Assembly: GCA_038318015.1 (NCBI GenBank)
Contig: JBBQBU010000001.1
Span: forward strand, 1 to 45,277
Direction: 5' to 3'
Length of the DNA: 45,277 nucleotides
DNA from: Chloroflexota bacterium
Lineage (GTDB): Bacteria; Chloroflexota; UBA6077; JACCZL01
Shown piece by piece: positions 35,703-45,206 of the stretch. The position numbers and the translations under genes were made by a program. Each line of letters begins with the position of its first letter. Within the stretch, counting starts at the first letter, position 1. The notes under the pieces are model-generated. The model was not told the origin of the DNA. It saw nothing but the letters and a program-made list of their open reading frames with translations, and did not search any database.

Positions 35703-35811
35703 GTCGTTCAGCGCTCCCGATGGCGTGCACCGCACTCTAGTGGCTCAGTTGGCCCTGCGCCACATGGAAGCCTGGGCCGTCGCATGTGCCGCAGCCCCAG
35801 CTACACGAGCG

Positions 35812-35837
35812 TCTGGCCGCTGGTTGATGCGGCCAGA
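35812..35837 (+). other. 9-bp perfect hairpin just upstream of the mraY Shine-Dalgarno
   Basis: TCTGGCCGC (35812-35820) pairs with GCGGCCAGA (35829-35837) around the loop TGGTTGAT. The GGAGG SD follows at 35841-35845. Confidence 0.4.
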
Positions 35838-35850
35838 GACGGAGGCCTGA

Positions 35851-36846
35851 GTGAGTGCCCAACCGATGGCACTGTCGCTGACATTTGGCGTCATCGCCTG
35901 TCTCGTCGCGCTGGCAGCCGGCTACCCGTTTGTCCGGTTCCTGCGGCGGCGGGGGCTCGGCAAGAAGGTACGCGTCGAAGGCCCAAGCAGCCACATCGAG
36001 AAGACTGGCACCCCGACGATGGGGGGCTTGCTGATCTGCGGGACCGTGTTGCTGCTGACCTCCCTGCTCACGTTCACCTTCTACTCGACGGTCGGCCGCT
36101 CCATTTTGCTGCCGCTGTTTGTGCTGGTCAGTTGCGCCGTCCTCGGCGCGATCGACGACCGCATGACGATCCAGGGTGTGGGCAGCGAAGGCCTGTCAGT
36201 CAAGACCAAGTTCGCGTGGCTGTTCGCCATCGGGCTGATCGCGGCACTTGCGCTGTGGCATCCGCAAGTGCTCGGGGTGGACTACGTGTTCCTCCCGACG
36301 GTCAAGCAGCAATTGTATGTGCCGGCGTATCTGTACATCCCGCTCGCCGTCTTCGCCATCGTCGGGACCGCCAACGCCGTCAACTTCACCGACGGACTTG
36401 ACAGTCTTGCCGGCTGGACGGCGTTTGTCGCCTTCGCGGCGTTCGGCGTCATCGCCTACCTGTATGAGCAGTACTACCTCGTGACATTCTGCTTCACGGT
36501 GGCTGGAGCGGTTGCGGCGTTCCTCTGGTTCAACGCCCACCCGGCCCAGGTGTTCATGGGCGACACCGGCTCGTTGGCGCTGGGTGCGACGCTGGCTGTG
36601 GTCGCGTTGATGGTCGGGCAGGTCGTCCTGCTGCCGATCATTGGCATCGTGTTCGTGGCGGAAGCGCTGTCGGTCATCCTGCAAGTGGGCTACTACAAAC
36701 TGACCGGCGGAAAGCGCCTCTTCAAGATGGCCCCGCTCCACCACCACTTTGAACTGAGCGGCTGGTCTGAGACGCACGTAACCCAACGCTTCTGGCTGGT
36801 AAGTGTTCTCGCGGCGATGCTCGGCGTCGCCCTCGCGCTGATCTAG
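35851..36846 (+). CDS. mraY: phospho-N-acetylmuramoyl-pentapeptide-transferase
   Basis: GTG start 5 nt after GGAGG. Motifs include HIEKTGTPTMGG, NAVNFTDGLDSLA, FMGDTGSLALG and PLHHHFE. Confidence 0.93.
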   Translation: MSAQPMALSLTFGVIACLVALAAGYPFVRFLRRRGLGKKVRVEGPSSHIEKTGTPTMGGLLICGTVLLLTSLLTFTFYSTVGRSILLPLFVLVSCAVLGAIDDRMTIQGVGSEGLSVKTKFAWLFAIGLIAALALWHPQVLGVDYVFLPTVKQQLYVPAYLYIPLAVFAIVGTANAVNFTDGLDSLAGWTAFVAFAAFGVIAYLYEQYYLVTFCFTVAGAVAAFLWFNAHPAQVFMGDTGSLALGATLAVVALMVGQVVLLPIIGIVFVAEALSVILQVGYYKLTGGKRLFKMAPLHHHFELSGWSETHVTQRFWLVSVLAAMLGVALALI

Positions 36847-36856
36847 GCACCCCTGC

Positions 36857-38272
36857 ATGGCAGGCATCGGAGAGCAGATGTCCACGTTCAGCGGCAAGCG
36901 CGTCAGCATCATTGGGCTGGCGCGCGAAGGCACCGACCTTGCGCGCGTGCTGGCCGCCGAAGGCGCGACGGTGCTAGTCAACGATGCCCGGCCACGTGAG
37001 AAACTGACTGATGCCCTGGCGGAGCTGGACGGGCTGCCGGTGCGCTACGAACTGGGCGGCCACCCGCTGGGGCCAGTCCTTGACGCAGACGTGGTGTTCG
37101 TCAGCCCTGGCGTCCCGCCGGAGCTACCGGTCCTACTTGAGGCGCAGTCTCGCGGCATCCCGCTCTCCAGCGCCACGCAACTGTTCTTTGAGCGCTGCCC
37201 GGCCCCGATTGTCGGCATCACCGGTTCGAGCGGCAAGACGACGACGACGACGCTGGTCGGCCGCATCTTTGAGCGGGCCGGGCGCAAGACGCTGATCGGC
37301 GGCAACATTGGCGTGCCGGTGCTGGGCCGCCTCGGCGAGATCACGACCGCGCACTGGGTCATCCTGGAGCTGAGCAGCTTTCAGCTTGAGCCGCTGACCG
37401 TCAGCCCGCACATCGCCGCCGTCACCAACATCACGCCGAACCACCTGGACCGCCACCACACGATGGCGGCGTACACGGCCGCGAAGGCGCAGATCGTGAA
37501 CCATCAGCGCCCGAACGACTGGGCAGTGCTCAATGCCGACGATTCCGGGTCGTCCGGCCTGCGTCCGCGCGGTCATATCATCCGTTTCAGTCTACAGCGG
37601 CCAGCAGATATGGCAACCTTTGCCGGCGCGTACCTCGACGGCGAGAGCCTCATCCTCAACCGCGCCGGCCAGCGCGTCGTCATCTGTCAGCGGCGCGACC
37701 TACAGGCTCCGGGACTGCATAACGTGGCGAATGTCCTGACCGCCTGCGCCATCGCGAGCGCAGCCAACATTGAGGTTGCGGCCATGCGCACCGTGGCAAC
37801 GTCATTCGCCGGCGTTCGGCACCGGCTGGAGTTGATCGCCGAGCAGGACGGCGTGCGGTATGTCAACGATTCGATTGCGACGGCACCGGAGCGCAGCATC
37901 GCGGGTCTGGCCGTGTACGATGCCACCCCGGTGGTGCTACTGGCCGGTGGCCGTGACAAGCATCTGCCGATGGACGACTGGGGGCGGCTGATCGCAAAGA
38001 CCTGCCGCGCGCTGGTCACATTCGGGGAATTGGCACCGCTGGTGCAGCATGCTGCCGAAGCAGGCGGCCTCCCTCCCGCTTCGATCCATCAGGCCGGTAC
38101 AGTAGAGCGGGCGGTGGCGGTGGCTCGCTGCATCGCCCAGCCGGGCGATGTGGTGCTCCTGTCGCCAGGCGGCACCAGCTACGACCAGTACGAGAACTTC
38201 GAGGAGCGCGGCGACGACTTTGCGGCGGTAGTGCGCGCGGCCACCAACAGCACCAAGGGAGGAGCCGCATGA
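36857..38272 (+). CDS. murD: UDP-N-acetylmuramoylalanine--D-glutamate ligase
   Basis: Rossmann-like KRVSIIGLAREG and Mur ligase P-loop GITGSSGKTTTT. The in-frame ATG at 36878, preceded by GGAGAG, may be the true start. Confidence 0.92.
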   Translation: MAGIGEQMSTFSGKRVSIIGLAREGTDLARVLAAEGATVLVNDARPREKLTDALAELDGLPVRYELGGHPLGPVLDADVVFVSPGVPPELPVLLEAQSRGIPLSSATQLFFERCPAPIVGITGSSGKTTTTTLVGRIFERAGRKTLIGGNIGVPVLGRLGEITTAHWVILELSSFQLEPLTVSPHIAAVTNITPNHLDRHHTMAAYTAAKAQIVNHQRPNDWAVLNADDSGSSGLRPRGHIIRFSLQRPADMATFAGAYLDGESLILNRAGQRVVICQRRDLQAPGLHNVANVLTACAIASAANIEVAAMRTVATSFAGVRHRLELIAEQDGVRYVNDSIATAPERSIAGLAVYDATPVVLLAGGRDKHLPMDDWGRLIAKTCRALVTFGELAPLVQHAAEAGGLPPASIHQAGTVERAVAVARCIAQPGDVVLLSPGGTSYDQYENFEERGDDFAAVVRAATNSTKGGAA

Positions 38273-39489
38273 GTAGTGTCAGCCGCATCGACTACATCCT
38301 GGTCGGCGCTGTCGCGCTGCTGCTCGCCTTCGGCGCGCAGATGGTCTATAGCTCCAGCGTCGTCATCGCTCACAATGAGTTCAATGACGAAACGTACTTC
38401 TTTACGCGGCAACTAACATGGATCGCGTTCGGCACTGTCGGCGCGATCATCGCGGCCAGCGTGGACTATCACCGCTGGCAGAAGGTGTCGTTGCTACTGC
38501 TGGTCGTGACCGTAGTGGCGCTGATTCTGGTGCTGGTGCCGGGCCTCGGCCTCGTTCAGTACGGTTCGGCGCGCTGGTTGAAGCTCGGGTCGCTGCCGTC
38601 GTTCCAGCCGAGCGAACTGGCGAAAATCGCCGTCGTCATCTACATGGCGGACTGGCTCGCGCGGAAAGGACGGGGCGTCTCGCGGTTCACGCACGGCTCG
38701 ATCCCGTTCCTGATCATCCTGAGCGTGGTCGCGGGGTTGGTCGTCGTCGAGCCGGACATGGGCACGGCGGTCATCATCTGTGCCGTCGCGTTCTCGGTCT
38801 TCTTCGTGGCCGGCGCAAACCTCTGGCACCTCGTTATCGGGTTCCTGCCGGGCGGCATCGCCACGACGCTGCTGATGACGTACGCGGCCCCATACCGCGC
38901 TGAGCGCTTCGCCGGCTTCCTGGACCCACTCGCGGACCCGCTCGGCAAGGGCTGGCAGGCGATGCAGACCTTCATCGCGCTTGGCTCCGGCGGGCTGACC
39001 GGTGTCGGCTTCGGCATGAGCCGCCAAAAAGCGTACTTCCTGCCGAACGCCCACACCGACTCGATCCTGGCGATCATCGGCGAAGAACTGGGGCTTATCG
39101 GGACGATGGTCGTCATCGTCCTGCTGGTGGTGATTGGCTGGCGCGGGTTGCGGATCGCGCTGCGGGCACCCGACCCGTTCGGCCGTCTGCTGGCGCTCGG
39201 CCTGACCGCCAAGATTCTCTGGCAGGCGATCATCAACATTGGCGCGGTCACCAGTTCGTTGCCGTACACGGGTGTGACGCTGCCGTTCGTCAGCTTCGGC
39301 GGCAATTCCCTCTGCATGACGATGATCGGCGTCGGGCTGATGCTGAGCGTCTCTCGGTTCGCCCAGGTCACGCCGGCCCCAACCGTCAATCGGCTAAATC
39401 GGCCGCCCCCAGATGGGTCGACGGCGATTGACAAGCATCCGCGCCCTGGTGGTGCCTACCCTGTTGCCGGCAGCCGCGTCCATGCCTGA
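38269..39489 (+). CDS. ftsW: SEDS-family peptidoglycan polymerase FtsW
   Basis: ATGA overlap with murD. About 10 TM segments, with PSELAKIAVVIYMA, HTDSILAIIGEELG and LPFVSFGGNS. Confidence 0.9.
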   Translation: MSSVSRIDYILVGAVALLLAFGAQMVYSSSVVIAHNEFNDETYFFTRQLTWIAFGTVGAIIAASVDYHRWQKVSLLLLVVTVVALILVLVPGLGLVQYGSARWLKLGSLPSFQPSELAKIAVVIYMADWLARKGRGVSRFTHGSIPFLIILSVVAGLVVVEPDMGTAVIICAVAFSVFFVAGANLWHLVIGFLPGGIATTLLMTYAAPYRAERFAGFLDPLADPLGKGWQAMQTFIALGSGGLTGVGFGMSRQKAYFLPNAHTDSILAIIGEELGLIGTMVVIVLLVVIGWRGLRIALRAPDPFGRLLALGLTAKILWQAIINIGAVTSSLPYTGVTLPFVSFGGNSLCMTMIGVGLMLSVSRFAQVTPAPTVNRLNRPPPDGSTAIDKHPRPGGAYPVAGSRVHA

Positions 39490-40954
39490 CGACCCCGAGA
39501 GTCCTGTTCGCTGGCTCGCCGCATCGCGCCGGCCCCACCTCGTTGGGGTGGCTGGCGCTGCCATGCGTAGCCTTGCCGCGTTGTTGCTGGCGATGGGCCG
39601 TCGGGTCAGCGGCTCCGACAGCGGCGCACCCTCTGAGATTGAAGCGCTGCGCGGCATGGGCATCGACGCTCGCCACGGGCACCGCGCCGAACATATCGAC
39701 GGCGCAGACCTTGTCGTGGCGTCGGCGGCGGTCCCGGCCGATAATCCGGAACTCGTCGCCGCCCGTGAGCGCGGCATTCCTGTGCTGAGCCACGCCCAGG
39801 CGCTCGGTGCACTGATGGCCGCACGCGACGGCATCGGCGTAGCCGGCACGCACGGCAAGTCCACGACGACGGCGCTGGTGGCCCACGTCCTCGAAACGGC
39901 CGGACTGCACCCCACGCTGGCCGGTGGGGCGCACGCCCTGGACTTCGACGGTTTCGCGCGGCTCGGCAACGGCCCGCACCTCGTCGCTGAGGCCGACGAG
40001 TACGGCAGGCGCTTCCTGGAGCTGCACCCACGCGCCGCCATCATTACCGGCGTGGAGCCGGATCACCTGGACTACTACGGCTCGTTCGATGCCGTGCGGC
40101 TCGCGTTCCAGCAGTTCGTGGATGGCATGGCGGCGGACGGCTTCGTCGTCACCTGCGAAGACGAGCCGCACCTCTCGCGACTGCCGCTGGCCCGCCGCCG
40201 CATCCGATACGGCTGGGCCGGGCACGCCGACTGGCGGCTGGAACGGTTCCAGGCCCGCCCTGGCGGCGGTGCGACGTTCGCGGTGCGACGGCCAGACGGC
40301 GAGCACCGCACGTTCGACATGCTGCTCTCCGGGCGGCACCATGCCGCCAACGCCGTCGCGGCGCTGGCGCTGACCCGCGAGCTTGGCGTACCCGAATCGG
40401 CGGCACGCGCGGCGCTGGCAACGTTCCAGGGCACCCGTCGCCGCTTCGAGACGGTGGCCCAGGCTGGCGGCATCTGGGTGGTGGACGACTACGCGCACCA
40501 CCCGACGGCCGTCGCGGCCAACATCAGCGCGGCCCGAGATGTGCATTGTGGGCGGATTGTGGCTCTCTTCCAACCGCACACGATCCATCGTACGTTGGTG
40601 CTGCTTGACGAACTGCGGGCATCCTTCACCGACGCTGACCGCGTGATCCTGGCCCCGATCTACCAGCCGACTGGACGAAGTAGCGACGTGCCGCCGATTA
40701 CCTCGGAGGCGGTTGTGGCCGGCATGGCACACCCGGACGCGGAGGCCGCGCCGTCGCTGGACGCCGCCTACGCGCTGGCCCGCTCCGAGCTACAGTCCGG
40801 CACCCTGGTGCTGGTCCTCGGGGCAGGGGACATCACGGCGGTAGCGCGGCGGCTGGCCGCAGATGTGCGCCAGATGACAGCAGCCAGCGAACAAACCCTG
40901 CCCGCCAGTGTCGCCGTGCCGGCCCACCGGTCGGCAGCCGAGGCGGCGTTGTGA
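39482..40954 (+). CDS. murC: UDP-N-acetylmuramate--L-alanine ligase
   Basis: ATG 39482 overlaps the ftsW stop by 8 nt, so the track N-terminal extension was trimmed. Motifs include HLVGVAGAAMRSLA, GVAGTHGKSTTT and DDYAHHPT. Confidence 0.92.
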   Translation: MPDDPESPVRWLAASRRPHLVGVAGAAMRSLAALLLAMGRRVSGSDSGAPSEIEALRGMGIDARHGHRAEHIDGADLVVASAAVPADNPELVAARERGIPVLSHAQALGALMAARDGIGVAGTHGKSTTTALVAHVLETAGLHPTLAGGAHALDFDGFARLGNGPHLVAEADEYGRRFLELHPRAAIITGVEPDHLDYYGSFDAVRLAFQQFVDGMAADGFVVTCEDEPHLSRLPLARRRIRYGWAGHADWRLERFQARPGGGATFAVRRPDGEHRTFDMLLSGRHHAANAVAALALTRELGVPESAARAALATFQGTRRRFETVAQAGGIWVVDDYAHHPTAVAANISAARDVHCGRIVALFQPHTIHRTLVLLDELRASFTDADRVILAPIYQPTGRSSDVPPITSEAVVAGMAHPDAEAAPSLDAAYALARSELQSGTLVLVLGAGDITAVARRLAADVRQMTAASEQTLPASVAVPAHRSAAEAAL

Positions 40955-41919
40955 ACGCCCTGGCCGGACTGCCCTTCGCCCTGCCTGAGCAGATCCCGCT
41001 CGGGCGCTACACCTCGCTGCGCGTCGGCGGGCCGGCCGCGTGGTTCCTGTCCAGCGACAACGCCGTGCCACTGGTGCAGGTGCTGACCGCCGCCCACGAG
41101 GCCGGCCGGCCGGTACTCTGGCTGGGCGGCGGCTCCAACCTGTTGATCTCGGACGACGGCGTGGACGGCGTTGTCCTGCGCTATACGGCGACCGGCCACG
41201 AAATTGAGCATCATGGAAGCGGCAACCTGCTGGTGCGGGTCCTCGCCGGCACCAGCTTCTCGAATCTGGCGCGGCGTTTGGCCCGCGAAGGCATTGGCGG
41301 GCTGGAGTGGGGCGCAAGCGTCCCCGGCACCATCGGCGGGGCGGTCGTGAACAACGCGGGCGCGTTTGGCGGCTGCATGGCAGACCATCTGGTCGAAGCC
41401 GAGATCGTCGGGGCGGACGGCGCGACGCGAACCCTCGCGGCCGACGAACTCCAGTACGCCTACCGCACCAGCATCCTCAAGCGCGGCGAGCGCGGGCCGG
41501 TGCTAGTTACCTCGGCGCGGCTGCGGGTCCACGCCGCCGATCCTGACGCCGCGATGGCCCAGATACTGGCCAATCAGGCCAAGCGCACCGCCAGCCAGCC
41601 GCGACAACTGAGTGCCGGCAGCATCTTCGCGAACCCGCCAGGCGACCATGCCGGGCGACTGATCGAGGCGGCGGGCCTGAAGGGCGCACGGCGCGGCAGC
41701 ATCGAGATCTCGACGCATCACGCAAACTTCATTGTCAACACCGGCAGCCGGTCCGAGGGCGCGACGGCGGCGGGCGTCCTTGCACTTATCCGACTCACAC
41801 AAGACACCGTCTTGGAGCAGTTCGGCGTCTGGCTGAAGCCGGAAGTGCAACTGGTCGGGCGGTGGCGGGCCGAAGAGGTGGCTGCGCTCCGCCAGCCGGC
41901 CAGGAAGGCCGCCGTATGA
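40951..41919 (+). CDS. murB: UDP-N-acetylenolpyruvoylglucosamine reductase
   Basis: GTGA overlap with murC. Motifs include YTSLRVGGPA, LGGGSNLLISD and GSIFANP...AGRLIE..GLKG..RG.IEIS..HANFIVN. Confidence 0.92.
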   Translation: MNALAGLPFALPEQIPLGRYTSLRVGGPAAWFLSSDNAVPLVQVLTAAHEAGRPVLWLGGGSNLLISDDGVDGVVLRYTATGHEIEHHGSGNLLVRVLAGTSFSNLARRLAREGIGGLEWGASVPGTIGGAVVNNAGAFGGCMADHLVEAEIVGADGATRTLAADELQYAYRTSILKRGERGPVLVTSARLRVHAADPDAAMAQILANQAKRTASQPRQLSAGSIFANPPGDHAGRLIEAAGLKGARRGSIEISTHHANFIVNTGSRSEGATAAGVLALIRLTQDTVLEQFGVWLKPEVQLVGRWRAEEVAALRQPARKAAV

Positions 41920-42701
41920 GTGTCGCCCGCCAGCGCTACTCATATGCCCCCGTGCAGCCAGCCGGGCCAGCCTACGCCCCTGAGCCGCGAATGCCGTCGC
42001 TCCGCGCCTGGATTGTTTCAAAACTCCTGGCGGTTTGCCTGTTGTTCGGTGCTTCCGGGCTGCTGTATCATGTTGCCGCTTCCGACGACTTCGTCATTCG
42101 CGAAATCGTCGTGGCCGGCTCCCAGCTCGTTCCGTCAGCTGAGATCGAGCGCACGTCAGCGGTGACGGGACTGAACATCTTCTGGCTCAGGGAAGAGGAG
42201 GTCGGCCACCGATTGCAGGCGATCGCAGCGATTCAATCAGTGCGAGCGCGCACGGTGCTGCCGGACCGGCTCGAAGTCCGGATCGTCGAGCGGACGCCGG
42301 TAGCCGTCTGGCAGAATGGTGGAATGTCGTACCTCGTGGATGCTGAGGGGCGCGTCCTGCGGGAGACAGACGTCGCGGTGGCGCTGCCGAGAATTCGGGA
42401 CGTTGACCCGCGGCCAGTCTTGCCTGGCGGGACGGTTGATCGTGCCGCGTTGTCCACAATGTTCCAGTTACAGCAGTTGTTGCCACGGGTCGCAGGCATG
42501 ACGCCACGCGAGTTGGAGTACAGTCCAGACTCCGGTGTGACGATGCTGACCGAGGCGGGACCTCGCGTCCATTTCGGTGGCGACGACGATCTTGAGTGGA
42601 AGGTGAATGTCCTGGTCGCGGTGCGCCGAGAAATGGATCGGCTCGGACAGCGACCAGAGCTGATAGATGTGCGTTTTAGGGATCGACCGTATGTGCGCTA
42701 A
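41916..42701 (+). CDS. ftsQ: cell division protein FtsQ (POTRA domain)
   Basis: ATGA overlap with murB, so the track extension was trimmed. A single TM segment is followed by a POTRA-like block (IREIVVAGSQLVPSAEI...LEVRIVERTPVAVW). Confidence 0.85.
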   Translation: MSVARQRYSYAPVQPAGPAYAPEPRMPSLRAWIVSKLLAVCLLFGASGLLYHVAASDDFVIREIVVAGSQLVPSAEIERTSAVTGLNIFWLREEEVGHRLQAIAAIQSVRARTVLPDRLEVRIVERTPVAVWQNGGMSYLVDAEGRVLRETDVAVALPRIRDVDPRPVLPGGTVDRAALSTMFQLQQLLPRVAGMTPRELEYSPDSGVTMLTEAGPRVHFGGDDDLEWKVNVLVAVRREMDRLGQRPELIDVRFRDRPYVR

Positions 42702-42750
42702 GATGCGCGCTGACGGTATCCAATCGGTGAAAGCGAGCTAGGTCCAATAC

Positions 42751-43995
42751 ATGGCGCGAGAGCGAATCGTAGTCGGGATTGATGTCGGGACGACCAAGGT
42801 CTGTACCTTGATCGCCGCTGTCTCGCCTGAGGACCAACTCGAAATCATTGGCGCGGGCATCACGCCGTCGCGCGGGATGCGGCGTGGCGTGGTCGTCGAT
42901 GTGGACGACGCAGTGCAGGCCATCAGCGCCTCCGTGCAGAAGGCCGAGCAGCAGTCCGGCTACAAGATCATGAGCGCGTTCGTCGGTATCTCCGGCGCGC
43001 ACATCAGTTCGACGAACAGCCACGGGGTCGTCGCTGTCCGCCGCACGGACAACGTGATTACGGAAGACGACATTGAGCGCGCTCTCGAAGCTGCGAAGGT
43101 CGTCAACCTGCCGCACGACCGCGAGGTCATTCACGTCGTGCCGCGCCACTTCGTCATTGACGGCCAGGAAGGCATCAACAACCCGGCCGGCATGCTCGGG
43201 CGGCGGCTGGAAGTCGAAACCACCGTGGTGACGGGCACCCAGACGGCGATTCACAATCTGTCGCGCTGCATCGAGCAGGTCGGCGTGGGGATCGACGCGC
43301 TGGTGGTGCAGCCGCTAGCGGCCGGCGAGGCCGTACTCACAACCGCCGAGAAGGACATGGGCGTCGCGCTGGTAGACCTGGGCGGCGGCACGACCGATGC
43401 CGGCGTCTTCATCGACGGCTCAATCTCGTATATCGCGGCAGTGCCGGTCGGCGGCAACCACATCTCGAACGACATCGCGGTCGGCTTGCGAACGCCGTTT
43501 CTGGCCGCCGATGAGATCAAGATTCGCCACGGCTACGCGATCTCGGAGGCCATCGAAGAGGACCGCGTCATCGACATTGCGTCGTACGATGCGGGCGACG
43601 GTGACCCGATCTCGCGCCGCGAACTGGCACAGATCATTGAGGCGCGGCTCGAAGAGACGTTCGAGCTGGTGCGCGAGAGCCTGGAGCGCGGTGGCTTCGA
43701 AGTCGGGCGGTCCGGGCGCGAGGGCGGCATCCCCGGCGGCATCGTGCTGGTGGGGGGCACGGCTCAGCTTCAGGGTATCCGGCGGCTGGCCGCAGAAGTC
43801 TTCAATACATCCGTCAGAATTGGTACGCCCACTGGCATGTTCGGTCTGGTAGAGTCCATTAGCAATCCCGCATATGCGGCCAGCGTGGGCCTGCTGAAGT
43901 GGGGTCTATCACAATCAGATGAGTATGGCGGTCCTGTTGGCGATGGCGCAGTATCCCGACTCAAAGAGTGGCTGCGTAGCTTCTTCCCGGAGTGA
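42751..43995 (+). CDS. ftsA: cell division protein FtsA
   Basis: Actin-fold motifs (VGIDVGTTKVCTLIA, VDLGGGTTD, GGIVLVGGTAQLQG) in the position before ftsZ. Confidence 0.93.
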   Translation: MARERIVVGIDVGTTKVCTLIAAVSPEDQLEIIGAGITPSRGMRRGVVVDVDDAVQAISASVQKAEQQSGYKIMSAFVGISGAHISSTNSHGVVAVRRTDNVITEDDIERALEAAKVVNLPHDREVIHVVPRHFVIDGQEGINNPAGMLGRRLEVETTVVTGTQTAIHNLSRCIEQVGVGIDALVVQPLAAGEAVLTTAEKDMGVALVDLGGGTTDAGVFIDGSISYIAAVPVGGNHISNDIAVGLRTPFLAADEIKIRHGYAISEAIEEDRVIDIASYDAGDGDPISRRELAQIIEARLEETFELVRESLERGGFEVGRSGREGGIPGGIVLVGGTAQLQGIRRLAAEVFNTSVRIGTPTGMFGLVESISNPAYAASVGLLKWGLSQSDEYGGPVGDGAVSRLKEWLRSFFPE

Positions 43996-44038
43996 TACGC
44001 ATTGCGGCATCTGTCCGGGGTGCGCGTAGGAGGCGACG

Positions 44039-45193
44039 GTGAACGGAGAGGGTGAGGTCTCGGCGAGAATCGTCGTCGTCGGCGTCGGCGGTGGTGGCTC
44101 GAACGCCGTGAATCGCATGATCCAGGCCGGTGTTCATAGCGTCGAGTTCGTCGCGGTGAATACGGACGCCCAGGCATTGGCTCGTTCCGATGCCCGCCAC
44201 CGGATTCGGATTGGCGAGAAGCTCACGCGCGGCCTCGGGGCGGGTGGGCAGCCCCAGGTCGGGCAGCGCGCCGCCGAAGAGTCGCAGGAACTGATCTACG
44301 ACATTCTGCGCGGCGCGGACATGGTGTTCGTGGCGGCGGGCATGGGCGGCGGTACCGGTACCGGCGCTTCCCCGGTGGTCGCCAGCATCGCCCGCGAGCT
44401 CGGTGCCCTGACGGTCGGCGTGGTGACGAAGCCATTCACCTTCGAGGGCCGCAAGCGGATGGCGGCCGCAGATGAGGGCATCAACCAGCTACGCCAGCGC
44501 GTTAACACGCTCATCACCATCCCCAACGACAAGATGCTGTCGGTCATCGACAAGCGGACCTCACTTGAGCAAGCGTTCGGTGTGGTGGACGATGTGCTGC
44601 GCCAGGGCATCCAGGGCATCTCGGAGCTGATTACCGAACCAGGCCTCATCAATGTGGACTTCGCGGACGTGAAGGCGATCATGTCCGAGCCGGGCAACGC
44701 CCTGATGGCGATTGGCCGGGGCAGCGGCGATCAGCGCGCGATCGATGCGGCGAACCAGGCCGTGTCAAGCCCACTGCTCGACGTGTCGATGGAAGGGGCA
44801 CGCGGCGTCCTCTTCAACATCACCGGCGGCGGCGACTTGACGCTGGCGGAGATCAACGACGCGGCCGAGATCATCAACCGAGCGGCAGACCCGGACGCCA
44901 ACATCATCTTCGGCACGGTAACGGACCCGTCGATGGGCAATGAGGTCAAGATCACGCTAATCGCGACCGGATTTGACCAGGCCGAACCTGGCTACGGCAA
45001 CCGGCGTGAGTACGGCGGTGGCGGTGGTGGTGGCCGCTCCCCCAGCCGGCCGCGCTTCCCGGTGGACGACCCGCAGCCGCTGCGCTCGCCGCGCTCCCCG
45101 GGTGGCAGCGGAGATGACCCATCGCCTTTCGACGACGACGCCAACGAATTCGACGAGCCGCCATTCTTGCGGCGACGGCGCGGGCAGCGCTGA
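44039..45193 (+). CDS. ftsZ: cell division GTPase FtsZ
   Basis: GTG start 6 nt after AGGAGG. Contains [10 protein letters not shown], the tubulin signature [13 protein letters not shown], and a C-terminal conserved peptide DEPPFLRRR. Confidence 0.95.
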   Translation: MNGEGEVSARIVVVGVGGGGSNAVNRMIQAGVHSVEFVAVNTDAQALARSDARHRIRIGEKLTRGLGAGGQPQVGQRAAEESQELIYDILRGADMVFVAAGMGGGTGTGASPVVASIARELGALTVGVVTKPFTFEGRKRMAAADEGINQLRQRVNTLITIPNDKMLSVIDKRTSLEQAFGVVDDVLRQGIQGISELITEPGLINVDFADVKAIMSEPGNALMAIGRGSGDQRAIDAANQAVSSPLLDVSMEGARGVLFNITGGGDLTLAEINDAAEIINRAADPDANIIFGTVTDPSMGNEVKITLIATGFDQAEPGYGNRREYGGGGGGGRSPSRPRFPVDDPQPLRSPRSPGGSGDDPSPFDDDANEFDEPPFLRRRRGQR

Positions 45194-45206
45194 CGCTCTC
45201 GCCCAG

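Noticed and set aside
35738-35752. TAGTGGCTCAGTTGG resembles a tRNA D-arm (TAGCTCAGTTGG).
   Set aside because: No acceptor stem, anticodon arm or GTTCGAATC-type T-arm can be built around it. The local pairing is GTGGC...GCCAC with a 14-nt loop, which is incompatible with a tRNA.
35632-35850. 72-aa ORF filling the ftsI-mraY spacer and ending exactly at the mraY GTG.
   Set aside because: Its third-position GC is clearly lower than in flanking genes, it has no SD, it starts inside ftsI, and the translation has no recognisable features. It is kept only as a note under the spacer finding.
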